A stretch of 64,000 nt of DNA from Clostridia bacterium (GTDB lineage: Bacteria > Bacillota > Clostridia > Christensenellales > CAG-314), in contig JAFTHP010000028.1 of NCBI GenBank assembly GCA_017457305.1, positions 10,064 through 74,063 of the forward strand, written 5' to 3'. Each line of letters begins with the position of its first letter. Position 1 is the stretch's first letter. Both the position numbers and the translations under genes were made by a program. A model generated the notes under the pieces. That model searched no databases and was not told where the DNA came from. It saw only the letters and a list, made by a program, of their open reading frames with translations. Shown here one piece after another: positions 18,763 through 27,761 of this stretch.

Positions 18763-20643
18763 TTATTGTGCTTGTTCAGCGGTTTGTTGTTCGCTTTCCT
18801 TGCGTCTGTCAATTTCTTCCATCATCATATCGTAGTATTTTTCGTCGATAATGAACTTCTTATCTTGAATAATCAAGGAAACAATCAAACAGATTACAGG
18901 GATAACTGTAACAGCGGCACGCAACCACAAACGCATACCAATGTCGCCCTTGTCGCGGAAGTTGTCGTTAGCAGCATTGAATACTGGGATTCCGTTTGCA
19001 CTATCCGTATTTGAAATGAGCATTGTGCAACTATTTTGTGTGTTGCTTGTAGTGTCGAAGCTTCTTACGTAATCAATGTTTTCGTTAGTAATGCTACCAA
19101 GATGGAAATGGTACACTACTTGGTTGCCACTCTTGCACACAATGTAGGTATCCTGCAAGGTGTGTAGATATTCGGCATTGAGTTGCTTGCCCTTGAGTGC
19201 TGGGAATTGGTCGCTATCTAGCTTGGCTGTTAGATCTTCCAACTCTTGTTGATAACCAGCAGATTCTTCACTTGGCAATTTTTCCAACAAATCGAAGGCT
19301 TGACTAAGTTGTTGCAAGTAGTCGGCACGAACGTTTTCTTCGGTGGCGCTTTGTGTTGCTTCAATGCGGTCGAAGTGTCCTTTTTGACCTTCCATTGTAG
19401 AAACGTTTTGTGACAATCCGTAAACGGTGGATACAACCAAAATGATGGTTACAATGCCGTACTTAACTGCATCGGCAAACTTTGCCATTAGCGGACGAAG
19501 GGTGGAAACAACGGCTTCGTTGCGTTCACCGCGCTTGTACTCGTTGTACTCTACGCAGTTGGTCATGTTGATAATACAAGCCATGTAGTACCAAGATTGT
19601 CCCACAAATACAAAAATACCAAACAAGCTCAATGTGATAAGGTTAAATGGCAAAATGGACGTCCAACCAAGCAATGCTATGCCTGCGTAACCAATGCACG
19701 CCAAAACAATGGATATCTTTTGTAGTTTTTTGCGTCCAAATTTTTCCGAAAGTTTGGGGTAAACAAGTTGTGAGCCAATATTGAAGATACCAAATATTGC
19801 AACAAATGCAATAGCCATGCCATCGTATCCTATTTCTAGGTAGTACAGGTTGTAAGCCAAACCTACAAGCAAACTACTACCAACGTTGTAGAATAGCATT
19901 ACAAGTGTCATCCACAAGATTTGGTCGTTGTTCTTGATGGTGTTCCACATTTGCTTCATTGAAACTTTTTCCGTTTGTTCCATAGCGCTACGTGGAGTTT
20001 CCTTGATGAAGACAACCATCACAGTTTGCATCAAAACAAAAATTACAGCAACAGCAATGGAAATCCATCCAAATGCTTGCAACACGTTACCTGGATACAA
20101 GAAGGAAATTCCGCCTTGTGCAATGAAAGCACCAACACCAGCAAATACTACTGTGAGCATTGTTGCTTGGTTGCGTTGTTCCTTTTTGCTTGATAGGCTT
20201 GCTAGCATGGACCAATATCCAATGTCGTTCATGGTAAAGGTTGACTCCCACAACAGATACATCACTGCCATGAATACAACAAACTTCCAACCCACCAACG
20301 TTTGAACGTTGAACATGATTATCAAAATTAGACCGGTTAGTACTGCGCCAATCAAAATCCAGGGACGGAACTTACCGAACTTCATGTGAGAGCCTTCGAT
20401 GATTGCTCCCATCATTGGGTCGTTGATAGCATCCCAAATGCGACCAAACACACCAATAATCAAGCTGATTACGGTAAATTGTGCAATGGAAAGCGTCATG
20501 CCGAATTGGATGTAAGTTAGCAAGAAAGAAGATATAAGTTGGTAGGACATATCTCTTCCGATACCGCTTACGCCAAACAGCCACTTGTTTTTGTTAAATT
20601 GTCTGTCTTCTGCCGACAGATTTGCTTTTGCTGCTTTTGTCAT
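18763..20643 (-). CDS. GPH/MelB-type MFS sugar:cation symporter with a large loop insertion
   Basis: RIWDAINDPMMG, GKFRPW, DIGYWSM, VEYNEYKRGERNEA. Confidence 0.88.
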   Translation of the reverse strand: MTKAAKANLSAEDRQFNKNKWLFGVSGIGRDMSYQLISSFLLTYIQFGMTLSIAQFTVISLIIGVFGRIWDAINDPMMGAIIEGSHMKFGKFRPWILIGAVLTGLILIIMFNVQTLVGWKFVVFMAVMYLLWESTFTMNDIGYWSMLASLSSKKEQRNQATMLTVVFAGVGAFIAQGGISFLYPGNVLQAFGWISIAVAVIFVLMQTVMVVFIKETPRSAMEQTEKVSMKQMWNTIKNNDQILWMTLVMLFYNVGSSLLVGLAYNLYYLEIGYDGMAIAFVAIFGIFNIGSQLVYPKLSEKFGRKKLQKISIVLACIGYAGIALLGWTSILPFNLITLSLFGIFVFVGQSWYYMACIINMTNCVEYNEYKRGERNEAVVSTLRPLMAKFADAVKYGIVTIILVVSTVYGLSQNVSTMEGQKGHFDRIEATQSATEENVRADYLQQLSQAFDLLEKLPSEESAGYQQELEDLTAKLDSDQFPALKGKQLNAEYLHTLQDTYIVCKSGNQVVYHFHLGSITNENIDYVRSFDTTSNTQNSCTMLISNTDSANGIPVFNAANDNFRDKGDIGMRLWLRAAVTVIPVICLIVSLIIQDKKFIIDEKYYDMMMEEIDRRKESEQQTAEQAQ

Positions 20644-20694
20644 AAATAGCTCCTTGCAAATATTTGTTACTAACTTGTATTATATCATACAAAG

Positions 20695-20841
20695 AGATAT
20701 TTTTGTTAGAAATGAAAAACAATTTGGTTTGTTCACAAAACAATTATCTTTGCACACTGCAAAGCTGTTGCGATGTGTGATGATGTGCCTTTTTATTCAG
20801 CCCACTTATTGAATTATACACAAAAACGTGGTAAAATTAAG
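20695..20841 (+). repeat. Copy 1 of a ~147-bp imperfect direct repeat containing a promoter
   Basis: AGATATTTTTGTTAGAAA.GAAAAA.AATTTGGTTTGTTC ... TATTGAATT ... GTGGTAAAAT.AAG, shared with 21600-21746. Confidence 0.85.
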
Positions 20842-20860
20842 TGCAGGAGACGTGAAAATT

Positions 20861-21532
20861 ATGATAAGATGCAAGTTGGAATATTTAATTAAAAGTATAG
20901 ATATTATACCCAGAAAACGCTTGATTTTTTTATTCGATAAAGATAGCCAATTTGAATTTCACAGGGTACACACAAAATCTATAGAAGAATTTAAAAATAA
21001 ACAATACGATTTAAGTGATGAATATCAAAGAATAATGTATGAAGTGGAAAAAGATGCTGATGATTCCCTTCGTGATAAATACAAGGGTATATTTAACGAA
21101 ATCAATCAAATTTGTATAGAAAATAACACATACCCTATTTTTGATGATCCATCTAATATTGAAAAATGTTTGCAATTAAGAGAAGATCTTCTTAGAGTCT
21201 ATGACGAAGAAATTATTAAAAAGTTTTTTGATGGAAAGACCCTTAGAGACTACGAACCGCCACGTTTAAGAGAAGTATATTTATATCCTGCCGTCTTTGA
21301 AAAAGAAAATGACGGATATGCTGTAACTGTTCCGGATATTTTTGGCGGAGTAACGTGTGGAGATAGTTACGAAGATGCCCTAAAAATGGCAGAAGATATG
21401 GTAAAAATGATGTTGATTGAAGCGCCAGGGCAATGTTTTGAACCTAAAAGTTTAGAAGAAACAAAGAAAAATTTCCCAAATAAAATAGTTGTAATGATTA
21501 GAGTAGAAATAGATAAAGATTGCATCAAATAA
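20861..21532 (+). CDS. HicB-domain protein with an N-terminal extension; no adjacent hicA
   Basis: C-terminal YPAVFEKENDGYAVTVPDIFGGVTCGDSYEDALKMA is a HicB-like fold; AGGAG RBS before ATG 20861; very AT-rich. Confidence 0.75.
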   Translation: MIRCKLEYLIKSIDIIPRKRLIFLFDKDSQFEFHRVHTKSIEEFKNKQYDLSDEYQRIMYEVEKDADDSLRDKYKGIFNEINQICIENNTYPIFDDPSNIEKCLQLREDLLRVYDEEIIKKFFDGKTLRDYEPPRLREVYLYPAVFEKENDGYAVTVPDIFGGVTCGDSYEDALKMAEDMVKMMLIEAPGQCFEPKSLEETKKNFPNKIVVMIRVEIDKDCIK

Positions 21533-21535
21533 AAC

Positions 21536-21564
21536 AAAAAAGGCAGGAACACCTGCCTTTTTTT
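21536..21564. terminator. Bidirectional terminator
   Basis: AAAAAAGGCAGG/CCTGCCTTTTTT. Confidence 0.85.
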
Positions 21565-21575
21565 GATTTAAAATT

Positions 21576-21593
21576 TTATTCTATTGGAATCAA
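21576..21593 (-). repeat. Duplicate of the last codons of the PHP gene (LIPIE*)
   Basis: ATTCTATTGGAATCA at 21578-21592 is identical to 25836-25850. Confidence 0.75.
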
Positions 21594-21599
21594 CCAAAC

Positions 21600-21746
21600 A
21601 GATATTTTTGTTAGAAACGAAAAATAATTTGGTTTGTTCCCAAACAACAATACTTACACGTCAGAATCTGATAGCTCTACAAAACTTGATGCCTATTTTT
21701 ATATCTATACATATTGAATTTTCACAAATATTGTGGTAAAATCAAG
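21600..21746 (+). repeat. Copy 2 of the ~147-bp imperfect direct repeat, abutting the truncated CRISPR repeat
   Basis: Aligns to 20695-20841 at both ends; middle is diverged. Confidence 0.85.
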
Positions 21747-21747
21747 A

Positions 21748-22034
21748 TGATGTTTTTTTGTGTGATATAATAGAGCCCAAGAAGTTAACAACCCAACGGC
21801 AGTTTTAGTTCCCTGATGTTTTTTGGTGTGATATAATAATACTAATACCCGCCATAATTACAGCCATGTTTTAGTTCCCTAATGTTTTTTGGTGTGATAT
21901 AATCGTACGCGACCTACTACGTAGGCAACCCGGTTTTAGTTCCCTGATGTTTTTTTGTGTGATATAATAAACCTTGCTTGATGTTTCCCCAAGTCTTGGT
22001 TTTAGTTCCCTGATGTTTTTTGGTGTGATATAAT
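21748..22034 (+). CRISPR. Type II-C CRISPR array: 4 full 36-bp repeats + 1 truncated repeat, 4 spacers (30, 30, 29, 30 nt)
   Basis: Repeat GTTTTAGTTCCCTGATGTTTTTTGGTGTGATATAAT (single-base variants) at 21802, 21868, 21933, 21999; partial copy 21748-21771. Confidence 0.97.
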
Positions 22035-22045
22035 AGGTGAACTAG

Positions 22046-22083
22046 AAAATACCCCCAAACTGTGAAATGTTTGGGGGTATTTT
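22046..22083. terminator. Hairpin between the array and the convergent cas operon
   Basis: AAAATACCCCCAAAC/GTTTGGGGGTATTTT. Confidence 0.8.
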
Positions 22084-22150
22084 GCATATTTCGGCAAATA
22101 TTGATAGCAAAACAGCTTCGTTAATAAGCTGTTTTTTTTAAAAAACAGTT

Positions 22151-22363
22151 TTATTCATCCATAAAAAAGGACATTTGAATTGTTTTTGCAGGTTTTTCCT
22201 GCGGTTTGGGTTTGCCTGAAACAACCTTGATTGTTGTAGAATAGTTATCCAACATCAAACAGTTGATATCCTGCAATGGAAAAGTTGTTTCCCCAACCAC
22301 TAGCTGTTGATCCTTTACGTGCAACGACAGCGGTTTGCTTATAAAAATGTTGATATATGCCAT
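22151..22363 (-). pseudogene. In-frame cas1'-'cas2 deletion fusion (70 aa)
   Basis: N-part IFISKPLSLHVKDQQLVV..FPLQDINCLMLDN resembles the type II Cas1 N-terminus; C-part IKVVSGKPKPQEKPAKTIQMSFF resembles the Cas2 C-terminal tail; located directly after cas9. Confidence 0.8.
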
Positions 22364-22365
22364 AG

Positions 22366-25300
22366 TTATTTAAGCCAATCGGTATTTAGGCGAGTTTCCT
22401 TGTCAACAAAAGATACGTTACCAAGGATATCCACTTGGCATTTTTGCAAACATTTAAGTGTTTTGATAGAAATTCTTTCTTTGCATCTATTATCATGAGA
22501 AATAATAGTTGCTCTTCCTCCATCAACATCTATTCCCTTATAGTAGTAGAATTCTTTCACCGTTTTATATGTATTGCTTTCCTTTAGCTTTTTTTCTACA
22601 CAAATAAGATCATTACTATACAATGAAAATAAAAATGTATAAGAGTCATCCATTTCATCCCATTGATCAATAGTTTTACCTGCAGTTATTGCCTTGTTGG
22701 GAAGAACCTTGGCATAAATATGCTTGGTGTATACTGGAACGCAGTAATACTTACCTTTTTTTGTGAAGACATCCACCCTAACAATAGACGCGTTTTGAGA
22801 AAAGCCCTTGATATTATCAAAGCTAACACCACTGCCAATTGTTTCCTCAATATAAACCTTGTACACTCTGTTTCCTGGTGTGCCATCTGCCTTTGGCTTG
22901 AAAAATGGTTCCTTGAAGGCAAGCTTTGCGACGTTGTTGAATTGCTTTAGTCTTTCTAGAAGCGCATTGTACAACAATGGATCGTCCTTGATCAACTTTT
23001 GTGGATAACCTAAAATATTTCCGTCCTTACCAACTTTTAGTTCAACTAGCGGAGTTTTCTTTGCGTATTTTTGTGAAGAACCAGTCATGCGGGTGGAATA
23101 TTTTGTTTCCTTGTGAATTGCTCCGGTTGCTTTGCGGTTAGGCATGCGAGATACAAAAATTGGATCAATATCTTGGGTGGTATAATTAAGTTTTCTTAGT
23201 ACGGCAGAATAGAAGCTATCTTGTTGAATCATTTCCGCAGGGTTATCTGACAGTCTAAGTATAAGTTCATCTCTAAATCCATCATAAGGTTGTGGGATAA
23301 ACCTAAACTTGCTATCATATTGGTCGTTGGTTAGCAATTCGCCTGTTTGTGGATCGGTGTAGGCGCGCTTGCCATTGTACCACAACGCATAGCGCTCCTT
23401 GTGTTGATTCCATCTGCTAATACCTTCTATTGTTCCTTGGCTCAAAGTTGCAATAACCGTGGCATCTAACGCGTGGTGTTTATTCCCCTCGCTACGAACC
23501 TTGGTAAGTCCCCAATTTTTGCGGCAGTAATCAGTAATACGACCGTTTACTGCATATACTTGACGAACTTTGCCCGCCACTGGCTGCAAAACAAGATTAT
23601 CCTTTATCAAATTGTAGATAAATCTACTAATATATCTTGTATCGTTTAGATTTCGAGCCATCCACTCTTTTTCCGTTTCAGCACTAACAGATTTTTTAAG
23701 TAGATTTTGTTTTTTCTTTCTCAGTGCTGGAGATGAGTAGGTTGCATTTACATATGCTACAAATCTATCCCAACGTTCTGGATCTTGACCGAGATATTCG
23801 TATGGGGTTCTGTTGCGCTTATCTTGATTTTGTTTGCTTAATACCAATACCTTGTTGGATTGACTATCATCAAAACAACGGCTATATGGAATTATATGAT
23901 CCACCTCTACGTATCCCACTTCGAACAATCGACTTAGATCCAATGGTTGTTGACTGTAAGCACACTTTCCTTGCTGTTGCTCGTACAGCTCGAACTTTAC
24001 TACATCTTGCCATTTGGGATTTTGTAGTTGCAACTCATTTTGCAAACGTGCTAGTTTATCCTTTCTGTTTTTATCAAACTCCTGATTTTGCTTATCCATC
24101 CACTTGCGTTCTTCTCTGGTGCGAGACATATCCCTTGCCAACTCAACATTTACAATAGATGGAGAACCATACTTGCCAACAATAGCATTGATAACCTTGA
24201 TTGTTTGGGATACTGATCTGCGTACAACAGGAGAGTTGATATCATTTATCATCTCTACAATTCCGGCCCCTTTTAGTTGGAGCATTTTTTCTCCTGATGT
24301 TGCAAGGGTGCTCAAACCTGCTTTCTGACAAGCATCGCTATATACAAAACCTTGTTCCAAATATGGTATTATTTGCTTGAGTGCCATCACGGACAAATGC
24401 CCATGACCATTTGGATCAAGATTGAGCAACTTATCTATTTCTTCTTCCGTTACCAAGTTTGACAATTGTTGTTTTCTAAGATTGTCACTTTTGTAATGTG
24501 TAAGTATTGTTGCAATTTCGTCCAATAGGTCAAAGTTGCATTTGTGTTCTTCGGACAAGCACTTTTGGATAGCTATGGTGTTTTTCATTGAGAAAAGCAC
24601 CTTTTTCTTTTCTGTTTCTGCTAATTCTTCTCCTTCTTTCTTGGAAGAATAGGTAATGTTAAATATGCTTTCTGATGGCAATGCTAGTGCTTTTCTTGCG
24701 TTGTGATACTTAAACTCCGAAAGAGAGAACATCTGTCCATACAAAATTGCTCTTTCTTCCTCGGTCAACTTGCGCTCTTCCCCATTGGAGATAATGGTAA
24801 TATTGTTAATTTTTTGCAATGCGGTAGCATATTCTTGAGTGTATGTTGCCTTGGCTGCTCTCAATTGTGGGTTTTTGCTAGACTTTGAGTAGTAAGTACA
24901 ATATCCGACTAAATCGGCAAACCCTTCCTTGTGATAACGGCTTGGTGCGGATGGCCCTTCGTCAAAACTGCGCTGAGAAGTCAAGATGGCTAAATACTTT
25001 TGTATAAAAGCATCGTCAACCAAGTCGTGTTCCTTTTGCTTGTTTAAAATAAGTGTAACTTCGGAGACAATATCATCTCTGCTGAAACGAAAATTGTTGT
25101 TTTCTTCATGATTACGAACATTGTAAACTCTCTTTCCGTTTTGTTCAACAAAGCAACCGTTCTCAGAAGTATCAAGAAATATCATCTCTCCCCAAGTTCT
25201 GTAATTAGATGGCAATGTTCTTATTTTTTCATCTTTATCCTTTTTGCACTTGGCAAGATATGTTGCACCACGATGCTTTGCAAAATAAATAAGCAATCTG

Positions 25301-25644
25301 GTTATTTGACTTGGCTGTAGTTTGCTATCCAGACCGAGATAACGCAACTCAAAAAGGTCATCCTTGGATAGATGACAATTTTCAACAATATCCTTGCCAA
25401 ATTGAATAGAACACAACTGTCTTACTCTTTCTAGGCGATGTGCACGACGCCTATTGCGACGTCTTGCCGAACGTTTAAGTCTGCGTTCTTCGGCTGGAGA
25501 TGCTTTTGTTTTGGGAACTTCTGCTGCATCAAACGTACGAACACCTAAATCAACAATACGCTGTGGTTCTCCAAAATCATCACATTGCACAACAGACCAA
25601 CCAACGGAAGCAATACCAATATCTAAACCCAACCTGTACTTCAT
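22366..25644 (-). CDS. cas9: Type II-C Cas9, about 1092 aa
   Basis: RuvC-I LGLDIGIASVGW, Arg-rich bridge helix, RuvC-II VELAR, HNH VDHIIPYS...NKVL...NQDK, RuvC-III HHALDA; AGGAG RBS before ATG 25644; no csn2 or cas4. Confidence 0.98.
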   Translation of the reverse strand: MKYRLGLDIGIASVGWSVVQCDDFGEPQRIVDLGVRTFDAAEVPKTKASPAEERRLKRSARRRNRRRAHRLERVRQLCSIQFGKDIVENCHLSKDDLFELRYLGLDSKLQPSQITRLLIYFAKHRGATYLAKCKKDKDEKIRTLPSNYRTWGEMIFLDTSENGCFVEQNGKRVYNVRNHEENNNFRFSRDDIVSEVTLILNKQKEHDLVDDAFIQKYLAILTSQRSFDEGPSAPSRYHKEGFADLVGYCTYYSKSSKNPQLRAAKATYTQEYATALQKINNITIISNGEERKLTEEERAILYGQMFSLSEFKYHNARKALALPSESIFNITYSSKKEGEELAETEKKKVLFSMKNTIAIQKCLSEEHKCNFDLLDEIATILTHYKSDNLRKQQLSNLVTEEEIDKLLNLDPNGHGHLSVMALKQIIPYLEQGFVYSDACQKAGLSTLATSGEKMLQLKGAGIVEMINDINSPVVRRSVSQTIKVINAIVGKYGSPSIVNVELARDMSRTREERKWMDKQNQEFDKNRKDKLARLQNELQLQNPKWQDVVKFELYEQQQGKCAYSQQPLDLSRLFEVGYVEVDHIIPYSRCFDDSQSNKVLVLSKQNQDKRNRTPYEYLGQDPERWDRFVAYVNATYSSPALRKKKQNLLKKSVSAETEKEWMARNLNDTRYISRFIYNLIKDNLVLQPVAGKVRQVYAVNGRITDYCRKNWGLTKVRSEGNKHHALDATVIATLSQGTIEGISRWNQHKERYALWYNGKRAYTDPQTGELLTNDQYDSKFRFIPQPYDGFRDELILRLSDNPAEMIQQDSFYSAVLRKLNYTTQDIDPIFVSRMPNRKATGAIHKETKYSTRMTGSSQKYAKKTPLVELKVGKDGNILGYPQKLIKDDPLLYNALLERLKQFNNVAKLAFKEPFFKPKADGTPGNRVYKVYIEETIGSGVSFDNIKGFSQNASIVRVDVFTKKGKYYCVPVYTKHIYAKVLPNKAITAGKTIDQWDEMDDSYTFLFSLYSNDLICVEKKLKESNTYKTVKEFYYYKGIDVDGGRATIISHDNRCKERISIKTLKCLQKCQVDILGNVSFVDKETRLNTDWLK

Positions 25645-25659
25645 AAATATTCTCCTAGT

Positions 25660-25762
25660 AAAAAGATATCCCCATAGCAAACACTATGGGGACAGAGCTT
25701 TACGGGGGTAATCCCCTTGTTTTAGTAACCTTATGTTTTTTGGTGTGATATAAGTAGGTTAC
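25660..25762 (-). ncRNA. tracrRNA
   Basis: Anti-repeat TTATATCACACCAAAAAACATAAGGTTACTAAAAC (25753-25719), then GGGG/CCCC hairpin, AAAGCTCTG, TCCCCATAG/CTATGGGGA terminal hairpin plus T run. Confidence 0.9.
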
Positions 25763-25768
25763 GTGACT

Positions 25769-25797
25769 ATTGTACTACTCTATTCTTGGGTTGTCAA
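25769..25797 (-). promoter_or_regulatory. Promoter for tracrRNA and cas9
   Basis: TTGACA, 17 bp spacer, TACAAT on the minus strand. Confidence 0.8.
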
Positions 25798-25833
25798 TAC
25801 CCTTTTTGAAAATATATATGCTAATTTTCACTA

Positions 25834-26592
25834 TCATTCTATTGGAATCAGCTTGCCGCCAACAAAGTAGCAAGGGGTAACACAGGTTAGACATTGCATT
25901 GTTTCCTTTACCTTGTAGCCCAAGGTATCGGCGTTGTGGCTGTCGCTACTAACCGTTACGTACTTGCCACCGCAACTAGCATAGTAGGCAATATGCTGAG
26001 AGGTTGCCATTGGCTCGGCGCATCCGTTACGCAAGGAAGAAGTGTTCATTTCGGGCACGATACCCTTTTCAGCACACAGCTTTAGTGTTTTTTGGATATA
26101 TGCAGTATCTTCCACGTAGTCATCGTGATAGCGCCTTGGCATATCAATGTGGCCAAGCACGTCAAAACCGCCGCACTCCACCATATCGCGCACGCACTGA
26201 TTGTAGATTGTTTCGTAAGTGCGCCTATCCACCCACTTATTTTCTGGTTGGTAATGCATTGGATAATGCACCGAACCGATGATCATATCCGGTTGCAAAC
26301 TGCGCAAAAAAGCAAGCTCCTTTTGGTGCATGTGTGGCTCACTAATTTCAAAGCCGTTGAGCAAAGTTACGCGTCCTTGGTAAAGCTTGCGGACTTGTTC
26401 AATTTCGCGCTGTCTTTGTTCAAACAAAAACTCGTTGAAGGTGTTCAGTTGTCCGCACTCAATGTGGTCGGTAAAGCAAATTACGTCAACGCCCACCTTG
26501 ATGGCTTGTTCGCAATACCCTTGCAAACTTTGGTGAGAGTCGAAGCTGTAGTGAGTGTGGGTGTGCATATCGCATACAAGTAGTTTTTTCAT
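25834..26592 (-). CDS. PHP-domain phosphatase (histidinol-phosphatase HisJ family)
   Basis: DMHTHTHYSFD, FTDH, IGSVH, GHID, SSDSH. Confidence 0.88.
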   Translation of the reverse strand: MKKLLVCDMHTHTHYSFDSHQSLQGYCEQAIKVGVDVICFTDHIECGQLNTFNEFLFEQRQREIEQVRKLYQGRVTLLNGFEISEPHMHQKELAFLRSLQPDMIIGSVHYPMHYQPENKWVDRRTYETIYNQCVRDMVECGGFDVLGHIDMPRRYHDDYVEDTAYIQKTLKLCAEKGIVPEMNTSSLRNGCAEPMATSQHIAYYASCGGKYVTVSSDSHNADTLGYKVKETMQCLTCVTPCYFVGGKLIPIE

Positions 26593-26649
26593 AACATCCC
26601 CCTTGTTGAACAAAATATACAACACAAAAATGGGGTTGTCAACCTTTTG

Positions 26650-27537
26650 TTACATAATATCCGCTAGACCGGCATCTGCAAGTTGCTCCTTGTCCCTGAT
26701 GATGGTGTTAAGTAGCTTGCGTGGTAAATCTTTGTTTTGCTGAAAAATTGTGTTAAATTGATGGTAAGGGAAGGGGTGTGGATAGCAATCGGCACCAACT
26801 TCAATGGTAAAGGCAGGGATACCCAACGATTGTATACACCAATCCTTGTAGCCGCCAACGCTACCTTGGCTATCCACTAGTTGATACCCCGTGTAGGCGG
26901 AAAGCATATTGGCATACCGTCTGTCACGATGCCGAGCCAAACCCTTTTGATGAAAATCCCAGTATATTTGCTCACCCTTGAGATGGTAGGACAAGGTAAC
27001 AAGAGGATTGAGCCGTTGGGTAAACTCCACCAATGCCCTACTTTCCGCAGCGCTCAAGGGGTGCTTGCCAACATAGTTTTGCGAGCCCTTGTAAAACTGA
27101 TTTTGTTTTCCTTCCGACCAGTTTGCATCAAAATTGACGTTGAGGTCCACCCCGTCGGCATTAGCTTTCCACAGCGAAAAGTCCGTTGAACGATTGATTG
27201 CCAGCAGGTTGCTTTTGCGTTGCTTATCTTCAATAAAACCAACCCCTTCTTGGCACAATCGCACACCATCGGGATTGACCATAGGCACAAAATAAATTCC
27301 ACCAAGCATAGAAGGATTATACTTTACCAGAAACTTGGCAAGATTTACCACCAATAGCGCCGTTAAGTGCTCCCTTGCGTGGATGGCCCCTTGCACTATC
27401 ATACACTTGCCATTTTTGTTCCCTACAAAAATGTAGGGGATTGCTTGGTGCAACTCGCTTTCCCCCACAATCCCTGTTTCTATGCCGTATTTGCAAAAGT
27501 TTTGCACTTCTTCTAGCAAATTGCTATAACTAAACAA
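26650..27537 (-). CDS. M14 zinc carboxypeptidase (gamma-D-Glu-mDAP peptidase-like)
   Basis: HAREH, VNPDG, GVDLNVNF, LSYH, FTIEVG; TTG start inferred from a GGGGG RBS. Confidence 0.85.
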   Translation of the reverse strand: MFSYSNLLEEVQNFCKYGIETGIVGESELHQAIPYIFVGNKNGKCMIVQGAIHAREHLTALLVVNLAKFLVKYNPSMLGGIYFVPMVNPDGVRLCQEGVGFIEDKQRKSNLLAINRSTDFSLWKANADGVDLNVNFDANWSEGKQNQFYKGSQNYVGKHPLSAAESRALVEFTQRLNPLVTLSYHLKGEQIYWDFHQKGLARHRDRRYANMLSAYTGYQLVDSQGSVGGYKDWCIQSLGIPAFTIEVGADCYPHPFPYHQFNTIFQQNKDLPRKLLNTIIRDKEQLADAGLADIM

Positions 27538-27761
27538 ATCCCCACCCCAACAATACACTTACAAATACAATATGCAGTTACTGTCAAAATGTGTACAGTT
27601 TTGTCAAAATGATATCAACTAGCACCCTTTGTTTGTTCTGCAAATAACCACTTAACGCAACAAAAAAAGAACCTATTGGTGTTTTTCCAAAAGGTTCTTT
27701 TTGTTATGTTAACAATGTTAAATATGTGCAGTTATAGCATTTAATTGCGTTAGTTGTACAA

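Noticed and set aside
21600-21746. Candidate CRISPR leader
   Set aside because: It is a copy of the HicB-gene promoter region and lies at the degenerate end; in II-C arrays the acquisition end is cas-proximal
25645-25680. Longer Cas9 start at 25680
   Set aside because: It lies inside the tracrRNA terminal hairpin; the AGGAG RBS supports ATG 25644
25719-25753. Possible second CRISPR array or orphan repeat upstream of cas9
   Set aside because: Single bulged copy with a minus-strand promoter and hairpins, which is the tracrRNA anti-repeat
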